From the NCBI GenBank assembly GCA_051252375.1, contig JBPOFY010000011.1, positions 1-64,000 on the forward strand: a stretch of 64,000 nucleotides of DNA, read 5' to 3'. Numbering within the stretch: the first letter of the stretch is position 1; the number at the start of each line of letters is the position of its first letter. The translations under genes were made by a program, and so were the position numbers. This DNA is from Opitutaceae bacterium (GTDB lineage Bacteria > Verrucomicrobiota > Verrucomicrobiia > Opitutales > Coraliomargaritaceae). The notes under the pieces were generated by a model. It had not been told where the DNA came from. It was given only the letters and a program-made list of their open reading frames with translations, and searched no databases. Positions 31,127-42,200 of this stretch are shown here, piece after piece.

Positions 31127-32350
31127 CTAGCTCCTCTTAACATTTTTCGCTTCGATCCAGCGGCTCATAAATTCGGTGCTGCGATGCTGATGGTGGCGAA
31201 GCATTTGTCCGACGAAATGCGCCTGACGGTTCGCGTCAAGTGCATCGAACGCATCGGACAGGGTTTGCGGCAGGCGCGGCAACCAGTCCGCCGCGTCGAA
31301 ACGTTCATCGGCAATGCGTTGACCTTGCGCCTGCACCGCCAACCACTGCGCCTCGTCGCTATAAAGCTGGACGGCGATCTTGGCGATCGCCTCTGGGTCG
31401 TCAGAGGCATCACAGCCCCACTCGCAGTCGGCAGTGGCGATGCCTTCCACACCTACCGGGGTCGTCACACTGGGCGTGCCAGTTTCAAAGCCATCAAAGA
31501 GCTTGCCCTTCAAGCCGGCACCAAAGCGTAGCGGCGCGAGATTGACGCGATACTGTTGCATCGTGGCTAGGGCATCGTCGGCGCGGCCTTTAAACAGGAA
31601 GCCTTGTTTCGGCGCATTTAATTCGCCGGCATATTTGTCGCCGTAAGAACCATAGCAATGCAGCTCGGCATCGGGGATGGCTTTTCGAATCAAAGGCCAC
31701 ACCACCTGCTTGCACCATCGAGCGGCATCGAGGTTTGGCGCATGGTGAAAACTGCCGATCATCATAAAGTGCTGACGCTCGGCGTATGCCAGAAAGGTCT
31801 TTGGACTTCGATCTAAGCCAAAGGGCCAGTAAGCGATCTGTGTTTCCGGAATGGAAAAAATATCACGCAGCAATTGCATCTCATATTCCGAAATCATGAG
31901 CGTCTGATCAGACCGATGGATCGAGGCAATTTCCCGCAAGGCGATTTCATTGAACAGGTCCAAGGCCTTGCCCGTTTTGAGCTGCTGATGCCGCGCCTCG
32001 CGCAAGCAATGCAGGTCGCTGGTATCCAATACGCGGAGCGCTTGCGGGCAGACTTGCTCCACTCGCCAGCCGAATTGCTCTTCGGTCATGTAGCGGTCAA
32101 AGATCACCACATCGGGCGCGAGTGCTTTGAGCCAAGTATCGAAGCCGGAGTCGTTGACCTGAATCGTGTGCGACTCAATGCCCATCGCTGCGAAGTCCAA
32201 GCTGTGCGGTCCGCTCTGCGCGGTGGAAGCAAAGCTCAAGGTCCACCCTGCGGCTTGCAGTGCATTTAAAATATCTAGCGTGCGACGCCCCGCCGCCGTG
32301 GAGGACGGCTCAGGCCACACTTTGCCGATGATCAGGCAGTGCACGTGCAA
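31127..32350 (-). CDS. Glycosyltransferase (GT-B, GT4-like)
   Basis: Motifs WPEPSSTAAG, GSFHHAPN, APLRFGAGLKGK, VTTPVGVEG. Confidence 0.85.
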   Translation of the reverse strand: MHVHCLIIGKVWPEPSSTAAGRRTLDILNALQAAGWTLSFASTAQSGPHSLDFAAMGIESHTIQVNDSGFDTWLKALAPDVVIFDRYMTEEQFGWRVEQVCPQALRVLDTSDLHCLREARHQQLKTGKALDLFNEIALREIASIHRSDQTLMISEYEMQLLRDIFSIPETQIAYWPFGLDRSPKTFLAYAERQHFMMIGSFHHAPNLDAARWCKQVVWPLIRKAIPDAELHCYGSYGDKYAGELNAPKQGFLFKGRADDALATMQQYRVNLAPLRFGAGLKGKLFDGFETGTPSVTTPVGVEGIATADCEWGCDASDDPEAIAKIAVQLYSDEAQWLAVQAQGQRIADERFDAADWLPRLPQTLSDAFDALDANRQAHFVGQMLRHHQHRSTEFMSRWIEAKNVKRS

Positions 32351-32359
32351 ACAGGGCGA

Positions 32360-33460
32360 CTAGCCTACGATGCCGCCGCTGCTGAGGAAGATGCCCTTCA
32401 AGTTCATCTCCAACTGGCGTGGGTTCGGCGAGAACTTCATCGCATCATCCTTCGAGACCTTACCATCTTTGACGAGGCGGTATAAGTCTTGGTTAAAAGT
32501 TCTCGAGCCGTTGTCTTCATTGGCTTCGATCACGGCTTCGATCTTTTCAAAGTTACCTTCCATGATCGTCTTGCGAGCAAGGGAATCGAGAATGAAACTT
32601 TCGGAGACTGGGAAACGACCGCCACCTTCAAGTGCAGGAATCAATTTCTGTGTGATTGTGGCACGCAGTGAACCCGCGATCTGACGCTGGAGCGCGAGAC
32701 GACGTTCTTCGGGGAAGAACTCAAACAGACGCTGAATCGCTTGCTGCGCATTGGAAGCGTGCAAAGTGCCAAAAACCAAGTGACCGGTCTCGGAAGCCTG
32801 GAGCGCTGTTTCAAAAGTGCCTCGGTCACGCATTTCGCCAACAAGGATCACATCTGGATCCTGACGTAGCACCGAACGCATACCAGCAGCGAAGGACGGG
32901 CAATCAATGCCGATCTCGCGCTGGTTGATGATCGACTTAAAATCGGTGTAGGTGAATTCAATCGGGTCTTCCAGCGTAACGATGTGCTTATCGTAGGTAT
33001 GGTTGATGTGATTGATCATCGCGGCCAGAGTTGAACTCTTACCAGAACCAGTGGCACCGCAAAGGATGACGATACCATCTTTTTCCTTACACAGGTTCTT
33101 CAATGTTTCGCCATCGATGTGTAATTTATCGAAGGTTGGTGGATCGTCGCTCACGTGACGCATGACGACACTGGGGAGACCGCGCTGTAAAAATCCGTTT
33201 ACCCGGAAACGGCCGACGCCTTCGACGCGATACGAATAGTCGACTTGGCGATTCTTGTTCCAATCATCGTAAAATTGCTCGGGCACACTTTGCTCGATGA
33301 ACTCCCTGACCGCGTCGGGCCCGATGGGCTCCATCTCGACTGATTCCAAATGTCCGCTCAGTCGAAGAAACGCTGGTTTGTGCGATTTGATATGAATATC
33401 ACTCGCTCCATTTTCAACAGCAAGGGAAAGAAGACCGTGTATTGTTTCAAGAACCGACAT
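32360..33460 (-). CDS. pilT: PilT/PilU-family type IV pilus ATPase
   Basis: Motifs GATGSGKSST, TLEDPIE, LRQDPDVILVGEMRD, TGHLVFGTLH. Confidence 0.9.
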   Translation of the reverse strand: MSVLETIHGLLSLAVENGASDIHIKSHKPAFLRLSGHLESVEMEPIGPDAVREFIEQSVPEQFYDDWNKNRQVDYSYRVEGVGRFRVNGFLQRGLPSVVMRHVSDDPPTFDKLHIDGETLKNLCKEKDGIVILCGATGSGKSSTLAAMINHINHTYDKHIVTLEDPIEFTYTDFKSIINQREIGIDCPSFAAGMRSVLRQDPDVILVGEMRDRGTFETALQASETGHLVFGTLHASNAQQAIQRLFEFFPEERRLALQRQIAGSLRATITQKLIPALEGGGRFPVSESFILDSLARKTIMEGNFEKIEAVIEANEDNGSRTFNQDLYRLVKDGKVSKDDAMKFSPNPRQLEMNLKGIFLSSGGIVG

Positions 33461-33578
33461 AATAGATCAAAGTTTTGGTTGGATGAAGGCGAAATTTTCT
33501 GTTGAACATGCCGAGTGATATCGACGTGCTAGAGTTAACTGCAGTCATAAGACCTTACCTATTCTTTTCGAAACCAAC

Positions 33579-34469
33579 ATGAAGACAAATCAATTCTCCG
33601 GCGTTTTCACAGCGCTTGCCACACCGATACGGGATAACGCGGTGGCCTATGACGATCTCGAAGCGCTCGTTGCCCATCAATTAGCGGGCAATATCGACGC
33701 GCTGGTCTCTGTTGGCACCACAGGCGAATCCCCCACCCTGAACAGTAGCGAGCACATCGATGTGATTCGCTCAACCGTGGCCGCTGCCGCGGGTAAGGTG
33801 CCCGTCTATGCAGGCACGGGCTCGAATTCTACCGACGAAGCGATTTCACTCACCAAAAACGCGGAATCCGCGGGTGCGGATGGTTTCCTTGTCGTAGCAC
33901 CTTATTACAACAAGCCTAGCCAAGAAGGTCTCTTCCTGCATTTCAGCAAGATCGCCGAAGTCACGGAAAAGCCGATTATCCTCTACTCGATCCCCTCACG
34001 TTGCGGAATCGAAATTTCAGTGGATGTGACAGCACGCCTCTATGAGAAGTATCCACATGTCTGTTGCATGAAGGCCGCTGAAGGCTCTTGTGAGAAAGTC
34101 ACCGAATACGTGCGCGCACTCGGACCGGACTATGCGGTCATGAGCGGCGACGACGGGCTCACCCTGCCCTTCATGTCTTGCGGGGCGACTGGTGTGATCA
34201 GCGTGGCTTCAAACCTTGTAGTCAGCCCACTGGTGGAAATGGTCAAGGCAGCCAACGCTGGAGATTACACAAGCGCGCGCCAAACCTTCCTCAAGTATTT
34301 CCCACTGTTTAAGGCCATCTTCCTGGAGCCCAATCCAGTGCCAATCAAGTATGCGCTCAAGCAAGCTGGCATCATCCAATCCGATGATGTGCGTTTACCG
34401 CTGAGCCCGTTGACCGCAGCCACCAAGGCAAAGCTTGACCCACTGTTGGCAGAACTCGGTCTCGTTTAA
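33579..34469 (+). CDS. dapA: 4-hydroxy-tetrahydrodipicolinate synthase
   Basis: Motifs GTTGESPTL, GTGSNST, PYYNKP, SGDD, NPVPIK. Confidence 0.95.
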   Translation: MKTNQFSGVFTALATPIRDNAVAYDDLEALVAHQLAGNIDALVSVGTTGESPTLNSSEHIDVIRSTVAAAAGKVPVYAGTGSNSTDEAISLTKNAESAGADGFLVVAPYYNKPSQEGLFLHFSKIAEVTEKPIILYSIPSRCGIEISVDVTARLYEKYPHVCCMKAAEGSCEKVTEYVRALGPDYAVMSGDDGLTLPFMSCGATGVISVASNLVVSPLVEMVKAANAGDYTSARQTFLKYFPLFKAIFLEPNPVPIKYALKQAGIIQSDDVRLPLSPLTAATKAKLDPLLAELGLV

Positions 34470-34518
34470 CCAAGTTAGCTCTAAACTCCTAACTTCTACC
34501 TTCTAACTTCTTTCATCT

Positions 34519-35256
34519 ATGTCACTCAAGATACTACTCAATGGCTCCAAGGGACGCATGGGCGTCGCTATCGCTGACATCGCCGAAGCCAATGGTGCGG
34601 TGATTCAAGCTGCTTGCGATGCAGGCGACAATCCTTGCGAGTGCGCAGCGGACTGCGAAGCGATCATCGACTTCAGCTTTCATGAAGTCACCCCCGGCAT
34701 CGCGGAACTCGCAGTGAAGCACAACATCCCGCTCGTGATCGGCACGACAGGGCACACACCGGAAGAGAAGGCCGCCATCCTCGCCACAGTCGACGGTAAG
34801 ATTCCAGTCGTCTGGGCAGGCAACTACTCTGTTGGCGTCAACACCTTGAACTACCTGACACGTAAAGCTGCGGCTATTCTCGGCGAACAATACGAACCGG
34901 AAGTCCTGGAGATGCACCACCACCACAAGAAGGACGCACCCAGCGGCACCGCGGAGCGCCTGATTGAAATTTTAAAAGAAGGCTACGCGCTCAACGATGA
35001 TCAAGTCGTGCATGGACGCGAAGGCCTCGTCGGCGCACGCCCGCAAAAAGAAATCGGCGTGCATGCTATCCGCGGTGGCGACATTGTGGGCGAGCACACA
35101 GTTTACTTTATCGGCGACGGTGAACGCATCGAGCTCACCCACAAAGCGACGGATCGTAAGATCTTTGCGCAAGGTGCCGTTCGCGCCGCCCAATGGGCCG
35201 TCGGCAAAGCTGCAGCCGTCTACAACATGGAAGACGTGCTCGGGCTGACTGACTAG
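34519..35256 (+). CDS. dapB: 4-hydroxy-tetrahydrodipicolinate reductase
   Basis: Motifs GSKGRMG, GTTG, EMHHHHKKDAPSGTA, RGGDIVGEH. Confidence 0.95.
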   Translation: MSLKILLNGSKGRMGVAIADIAEANGAVIQAACDAGDNPCECAADCEAIIDFSFHEVTPGIAELAVKHNIPLVIGTTGHTPEEKAAILATVDGKIPVVWAGNYSVGVNTLNYLTRKAAAILGEQYEPEVLEMHHHHKKDAPSGTAERLIEILKEGYALNDDQVVHGREGLVGARPQKEIGVHAIRGGDIVGEHTVYFIGDGERIELTHKATDRKIFAQGAVRAAQWAVGKAAAVYNMEDVLGLTD

Positions 35257-35275
35257 TTAGGTCGACCTCCTCCCG

Positions 35276-35345
35276 CCCTTACCCCTGACCTCTCACCCCT
35301 TACCTCTCACCCCTTACCTCTCACCCCTTACCTCTCACCCCTTAC
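35276..35345. repeat. Tandem heptamer tract (10 units; CTCTCAC-CCCTTAC x4)
   Basis: Directly visible, ending 10 nt before the ruvA TTG. Confidence 0.92.
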
Positions 35346-35355
35346 CGGGAACACC

Positions 35356-35958
35356 TTGATCGCACGTATAACAGGCACCGTTCTTGAAACCACACCTTTA
35401 ATGGTTGTGATCGAAACTGCGGGTCTGGGCTACGAGGTGCACATCCCCGTCACCACTGCGGAACGCGTCCCAGGCATCGGCAAAGAATGCAGCCTGTTTA
35501 TACACTCAGTGTATCGCGAAGACAGTGCTACACTTTACGGCTTCGCCACGCGTGAGGACCGCGACTTTTTTCGCCTCCTCGTCGAGAAGGTTTCCGGGAT
35601 CGGTCCGAAGATCGGCATCAGTATACTGAGCCGCATGTCGGTCGAGTTACTACGCAGCGCGATCGCCAGCTCTGACATCGCCCTCCTCTCGAAATGCCCC
35701 GGCATCGGCAAGAAGACCGCTGAACGCTTGGTCATCGAACTGAAGGACAAGGTAGGCCTCAGCGGCACACTGCCCACAGCCGGCAGCGAGCCCAGTGCAA
35801 CTAGCGCGGCAACACCGAGCCATTTCCAAGATGCCGTCGCCAGCTTGATGACGCTCGGCTACAAACCAGCCGAAGCGGACAAACTCACCCGCAAAGCAGC
35901 CAGCCAATTACCCGCCGACGCCAGCGTCGAAGCGCTGCTTAAGGCCGCACTCGCGTAG
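35356..35958 (+). CDS. ruvA: Holliday junction branch migration protein RuvA
   Basis: Motifs GLGYEV, LYGF, VSGIGPK, PGIGKKTAERLVIELKDK. Confidence 0.95.
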   Translation: MIARITGTVLETTPLMVVIETAGLGYEVHIPVTTAERVPGIGKECSLFIHSVYREDSATLYGFATREDRDFFRLLVEKVSGIGPKIGISILSRMSVELLRSAIASSDIALLSKCPGIGKKTAERLVIELKDKVGLSGTLPTAGSEPSATSAATPSHFQDAVASLMTLGYKPAEADKLTRKAASQLPADASVEALLKAALA

Positions 35959-35981
35959 AGCAAGCCAGCGGAGCACTGTTC

Positions 35982-36097
35982 GGCGCGATACGGAAATCGT
36001 GCCCTACCAAATCCCGAAGGTAGCGGCGCTTGTCCCTAAGCGCCACCCGACACGGACTGACTCTGGCGAATGGCGCTTAGGGACAAGCGCCGCTACC
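35982..36097. repeat. Single REP arm plus GTAG REP doublet with perfect 26-bp arms
   Basis: GGTAGCGGCGCTTGTCCCTAAGCGCC at 36019 and its exact reverse complement ending at 36097. Confidence 0.88.
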
Positions 36098-36159
36098 ATC
36101 AATCATCACGCAAGGAACCTCGCTGACACACTAGTCGGTAATATTGATTCAATGCAGAC

Positions 36160-36193
36160 AAAAAAGCCCCGCAGTTTTCACTGCGGGGCTTTT
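36160..36193. terminator. Intrinsic terminator, probably bidirectional
   Basis: AAAAAGCCCCGCAG-TTTTCA-CTGCGGGGCTTTT between converging genes. Confidence 0.8.
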
Positions 36194-36217
36194 GCTATTT
36201 AAGTATTCGTCGGACGC

Positions 36218-39200
36218 TTACCAGTTATACTGGAGTGTGCCATTGAATGCGTGGTTATACCAGTTACCCGCAAAGGTTGGCTCGTATTCCAAACCGAAGG
36301 CGAGACCTTCGCCGTTGCTCCACTGAGCACGGACACCCAACACAATTGCGTCTGTGTCGGCTTCAGCGCTTTGAAGCGTAAGTGAACTGTCGCCGAGGTA
36401 AGTAGAGTTTACACTCACACCTTCGTCGCCCCACTCATGCTCCCATGCAGCCTTCACCTCTACGAGGACGCTGCTACCGCATTCGTATGCCCACTCATGA
36501 TTCAAGCGAGCACCGATCTCCGTTTTGAAGTTGTCGGTTTCGTTGTCTTGAGTAGTGAGAACAAGTGCATCTGGACCACTGTCAGTGAAGCCATCATGCT
36601 CACCGTGGATGTAAGTTGCACGCGCATATGGCTCAAGACCGAAGTCACCAAATGCAGAAGTGTAACCCAACTCGAACCATGTGCCGATTAGATTGGAATC
36701 ATAGTTGCCGGTGTAACGGTCAGACTTGAAGTCGACACGAACAACATCACTATCAGCATGTCCGTATGTGAGACCACCTTCAGCATACCATGTGTCGGTA
36801 AACCAGTTGGCATAAACTGCTAGGCTATAGAGCTCGGAGTCGCCGCCGCCGGAACCAGCGAGGCCATCGATATCAGTTTGCGCATAACCGCCACCGATAC
36901 CAACGATCAATTGTTCGCCAACGAGCTTCTCTTGCCCAACTACCAAACCATAAGTGTCGTAGTCGAAGCCTGCGAAACCACCGGATGTCTCTTGCTGGCC
37001 GATGTTACCAAAGACGCTAATATAAGAGAGCCATTCGCCGTTCTGCATTTTCTCAGCTTCAGGACCGGATGCACCAGTTGGAGCTTGTGCACTGCTACGT
37101 AGCAATGTGCGAAGCAAGGCTGCATGCTTGGAGATATCGATCATGACCGCTTGCGATGCCGAGTTAACTGCTTGGTTGGTTTGAACCGTGCCAGGAGTTT
37201 CTTCTTCGTCTAGGTCTTTCGCACCGACAACAGTCAAGATACCTTCTTCACCGCCGATTATGATACTTTGGAGGCCTTCAACTGCATCCGTAGGGCCCAC
37301 AGAAAGCAAGTCACGGACTTCGAAGACATATTCGAATGGTGTTTCGGAGTTATCAACGATCGCACCGTCGTCATCGACGAAACCTTCTGAAGCGCGAACA
37401 ATCGCATATTCATTACCGACGACATTGTTCAGATCAACGCTGTCATCAAAGACTGGCAAGATGGTCGAGCCTGCTTCGAATAGAACATCTCCGGAGAGTC
37501 CACCGTTACCGAAATAAACACTGATCAAGGAAGTATCACCATCATCAGGATCTTGAGAGAGGATCGGAGCTAAACCACCGCTTGCGCCAATGACCAAGGT
37601 GTCGAGCAAGTCGGAAACTTCTACAGTGCGAACCGCAGTGAAGAAGCCACTATCCACATCGAAATCAACAGTGCCTGCACCGTTGTCGATGTTTAACCAG
37701 CCGTCGATCCACTCAAGTGAAGTCGAAAGAATGTTACCTTCCATGATGCTGTTACCAATGACTTTCAGCTCGTTGGCACCGCCACCGAGATTGATATCAC
37801 CGACGATGTCAGCACCATCGTCAAGCTCGACGCTGTCGTCGGCTTGTGCGCCATAAACGGCTGCTGCATAAGTATAGTATCCAATTGGAGCACCTAATAC
37901 TTCTTCACCTTCAACCGCATCCGCGGGGAGGAAGAGATCAGGCGAAGTCGCATATGCATGGACCGCTGAGCTGATTGTGACGTCGAGATTTCCGCCTTCA
38001 ATCGGTTCAGCTTCGACCACCTCTGAATCATCAATCTCAGCATAAGGTGTGTAAGTCATGATACCTGCAGCAAATGCATAATCAGCATCAGCATAATCAG
38101 CAAACGCTAGATCAGGGACATACGGCAGATAATACCCATCGCCCTCAACTGCATCAGTATCGACAAACAAGCCAGATGCATAACCAACAGTGCCCGCAGT
38201 CGCGGTGGCGGTGATATCACCGGTCACGTCATCAATGATGACTTCTTGACCAGCAATGCCTGCAGCAAACGCGCCTGCTGAACCGTCGTAGAAACCAATA
38301 CCTTCGACGGCATCAATAGGCACTACAGTATCAGCAATCACAACCTCGCCACCTGTTGCGGTCGCGGTGATCGCAGCACTGACTTCTTCAGCGTCTACGT
38401 TGCCGTTCAAACCAACCGCTTGAGCATAGGCATTATAAGCACCTTCAGCGACGTAGAGTCCGTCGAAGTATTCTTCAATGAAAACAACAGACTCAACTGC
38501 ATCATCAAAGTCAAAGAAGTTGTCAATTAACGATCCGGCTTCACCACCTGTCGCAGTGACATTGATCGTGCCAGCAACATTGCCGTCGATCGCATTCGCA
38601 TCGGCACCGCCGATACCAGTCGCAATTGCACTGGCATCCGCAAAGAGCCCATCGGGTGAACTGACCTGAATCACTTGATACATGGAATTGACTGTTTCGA
38701 CGATGGCTTTACCGCCGGTCGCAGTAACATTCATCGTAGCATCGAAATCACCATCTACAGAGCCATAGATGCCAGCAGCATCGCCATAAGCCTCTGCAGC
38801 CAATGTTTGAGAAGGGTTGCCGCTTGCATATGCTTCACCGCCAGTTGCGTTGATGGTAAAGTCGGCTGTGACATCGCCTTCGACATCGCCATCCACTCCG
38901 AAGCTATCACCCACTGCGCTAGCAGTGACGTCATAGTAATCCGAGATATCGAATTCCTCTTCCAATTCATTCGATTCAATCGCATCCATATTAACGATAA
39001 AGAAATCATCGTATGATCCGGCAATCGCGATACCACCAAAGGCATTTTGCGTGAAGCTACCAGAGAGCGCGTCATTACCCTCGTTGCCATACACATTACC
39101 ATTGATACCAGTAGTGTAAGCAGAAGCATCGGCGTGGGCTTCGCCCCCGAAACCATTATATGCAACTGCAACAGCAACTGGACTGAAGGGAAGTGAAAGA

Positions 39201-42200
39201 GATTCCACTTCCGAACCTTCAACTGCATCACCCGGGGCAAGATCCCGCACGATTGCAGCACCCGCAGTGAGTGAAATAGCAGCACTGACTTCACCATAAA
39301 CATCACCATCGATGCCCAAAGCTTCAGCGACAGCACTTGCCTCCACTTCAGAGCCATAGATGCTAATCGCCTCTACGGCATCGTTAGGTAACACAAGCCT
39401 ACGCTGACTTGTGGCGTTAGCGTAAGCCTGACCAGCGAGGGACGTCTGTGTGAGCGAACCGCCGATGTCTCCGTCAATTGCAGAGAAGTCAAGGAAGCCG
39501 CCAGTAAATGCATCTGCATCCGCATAAATGATAGTGCTTTCAGGCACATCGCTCTCGACTTCATCGGCAACGCTCAAACCAGACGCAGTGGCGCTTGCAT
39601 AACCACCTGTCGCGTTGAGCGTGGTCGTGGCTGTGTGATTAATATTCACGTCATACTTACCGCCAGTAATAAGCGTAGAAGTTGCAGCGGCGTATGCCTC
39701 GGCTCCAGCGTTGCCACTGGCGGAAGCATATCCAGCAACTGCGTCGGCATCGATTGTGCCAGCAATATTACTTTCGATGTCTTCGACATCGCCGATCACT
39801 TGTGCGTTCGCAGAGGCATCAGCATACGCGTTATTGGAAGCATAGGCATCTGCCTCGCCTCCAAGAGCGTCAATATCGATGATTGCATTTAGATCTGCGA
39901 CGAAGTCGTGCTCATCCGCGTAAATACCAGTTGCCTGAGCCGAAGCATTTGCGTCAGCATTCGCACCGTCGAGGTAGATGGAATCGCTTTCTGCGTCACC
40001 TGCATCTGCGAGAACAGTGATCGAGCCACCAATGGTAGGCACTTCAGCGTCATCGCTTTCAACCTCAGGCTCGTAGCCGAGAGGTGTCACCGTGCCATCG
40101 ATACCGGTCGCATCTGCCGAACCAGAAGCATAAGCAGAAGTTTCATAACCGGAATTCCAATCCTCGAACTCACCACTGTTTGCTGCAGCGCTGCCGCCGT
40201 TTGCAATGGCCGTAATCGCAGCAGTTGAACTGCCTTCAAGGTCGCCGTCTACACCAGTCGCATCCGCTTCAGCATTGGCATTGGAGCCAGAGTTGGAAGA
40301 CGTCGCAGTGGCTGTGCCAGCTGTGGCTGTGGCAGAAACTGTGCCGGCCAGATCACCATATACATCGGAAGTGGCTTCGGCATCGGCATCCGCATACGCT
40401 TCGGCTGAATAATAAGTGGAAGTGGCTGAAGCTGTGCCAGCATTTGCAGCAACGGTAATGGTGGCATCAAGATTGCCATCAACATCATCAAGCCCATAGG
40501 CCGACGCATATGCTGCGGCCTCTGAGTAACCATCACCGGATGCGGTCGCGATGGCTGCATTTGCAGTCACATCAACAGTGCCGGAAATTTCAGTAGGCAC
40601 GGGAGCGTCTCCCGCACCGAGATCAGGCGCGCCGACTGCGAGCGCACTGGCAGAAGCATAAGTGCTACCTTCGCCATATCCATCAGACTCAACTGGAGCT
40701 TCTGGATCTTCTGGATCTTCGCTAAATACGATAGTGGCTGTTGCATTCTTTGCATTCGCTGTGACGCCTAGGTCCAACGCAATTGTTTGAGCGACAGGCA
40801 ATGGAGGTCCCGCTGGAGCATCCGCGACAACCGCATCTCCAAGGAATGAGCCAAGACCATCACCTAAGATATCTCCCAAGAAGAAATCACCGAAAATAGG
40901 ACCGACAGACTCGAGTGCGTAAAATAGGATCTCGAAGTCGGCGATACCGAAAGCAACCGCATCAGCACTGGCAGCTGCGGAATAACTTCCTTCGGCAATT
41001 GCATCAGCTGCTGTAGCTGTGGCATCAATTGCGAGATCAGCAGTCTCGGCGTCCATATATCCGAGAATACCACCAGCAACCGACAACGTTGTTGCTCCAG
41101 CGTAATCTGAATCTGTCGCAGATGCTGCAGCACTAGTCGCAGTGCTTGTGATTGTCGTGCCGTCTACATCACCAACTTCACCAATCACGCCGATCGCGGC
41201 TGAAATGGATAGGGCTGCTGCATCAGAGAAGGACGATTCAGCTGTAACCGCACCGGAAGTAGCGGTGGTGGTCAGCGTCGTGTTGGACAAATCTTCAATC
41301 AACCCACCCATACCAACGGCAATTGCGCCGGAAGCTGCTTCAGCAGGTCCCGCGGCAGCTACTGAAGAAGTGCTGGATGTGGCAGTTGTGGCGATTGTTG
41401 TGACAGCAGGGTCATCAGACTCCACTGCGTCAGGCTCTTCATCGAGAGGCGCATAAACGAGACCAACCACACCAGCCGCAATCGCGACTGTATTAGAAAA
41501 GGCGATGTCATCATCGCTCGTCGCTTGAGCAAAGCCACTGTTGGCTGTGGTCGTAATCGTGGCACCCTGTTCGATACCTTCAACGACACCACCGAGTCCA
41601 ACTGCGAGACCAATTGTCAGCGCATTAGCAGTATCAAACTCGGTATCTGAAACGGCGCTACCACTTGTAGCTGCAGTTGTGATATTGGCAGTCGAACCGA
41701 CACCATCGTTAAAGTAGCCAAGTGCACCCACTGCAGCGGCTGCAGTCACTGCATCCGTATTTGGTTCACCTTCCTCCTCGCCGGAAACAAATGCCTCCGC
41801 ATTACGTGACTTCGCAGTGGTCGTGACGACTTGATCCAATGAGCCATAAACCGTTCCAAGATCAAGTCCGTCATTAGACTCGACAGCTGCGATACCAACG
41901 GCAACTGCGCTCTTTGTTAGGTCAATATCAATTGGAAGTGGCAAAGGAATCGGCAATTCCGTGCCGTCGCCTACTGTAGCGGGTCCAACACTGTTGTCGT
42001 TCGTCACGACAATCGCACCAGAGTAACCAGAGATATCTAAAGAGCCGGATTCAAAACCGCCTTCAGATTCTACTGCATCATCCACAGCTCCACCAATGTC
42101 ATTTGAATACACACCCGCGAGAACCAGCGGTGCGACAGAGTTTTGAGAGTTACTTGTAATCGTGATGTTACCATCACCACTAAGAATACCGCCGTTGAAG

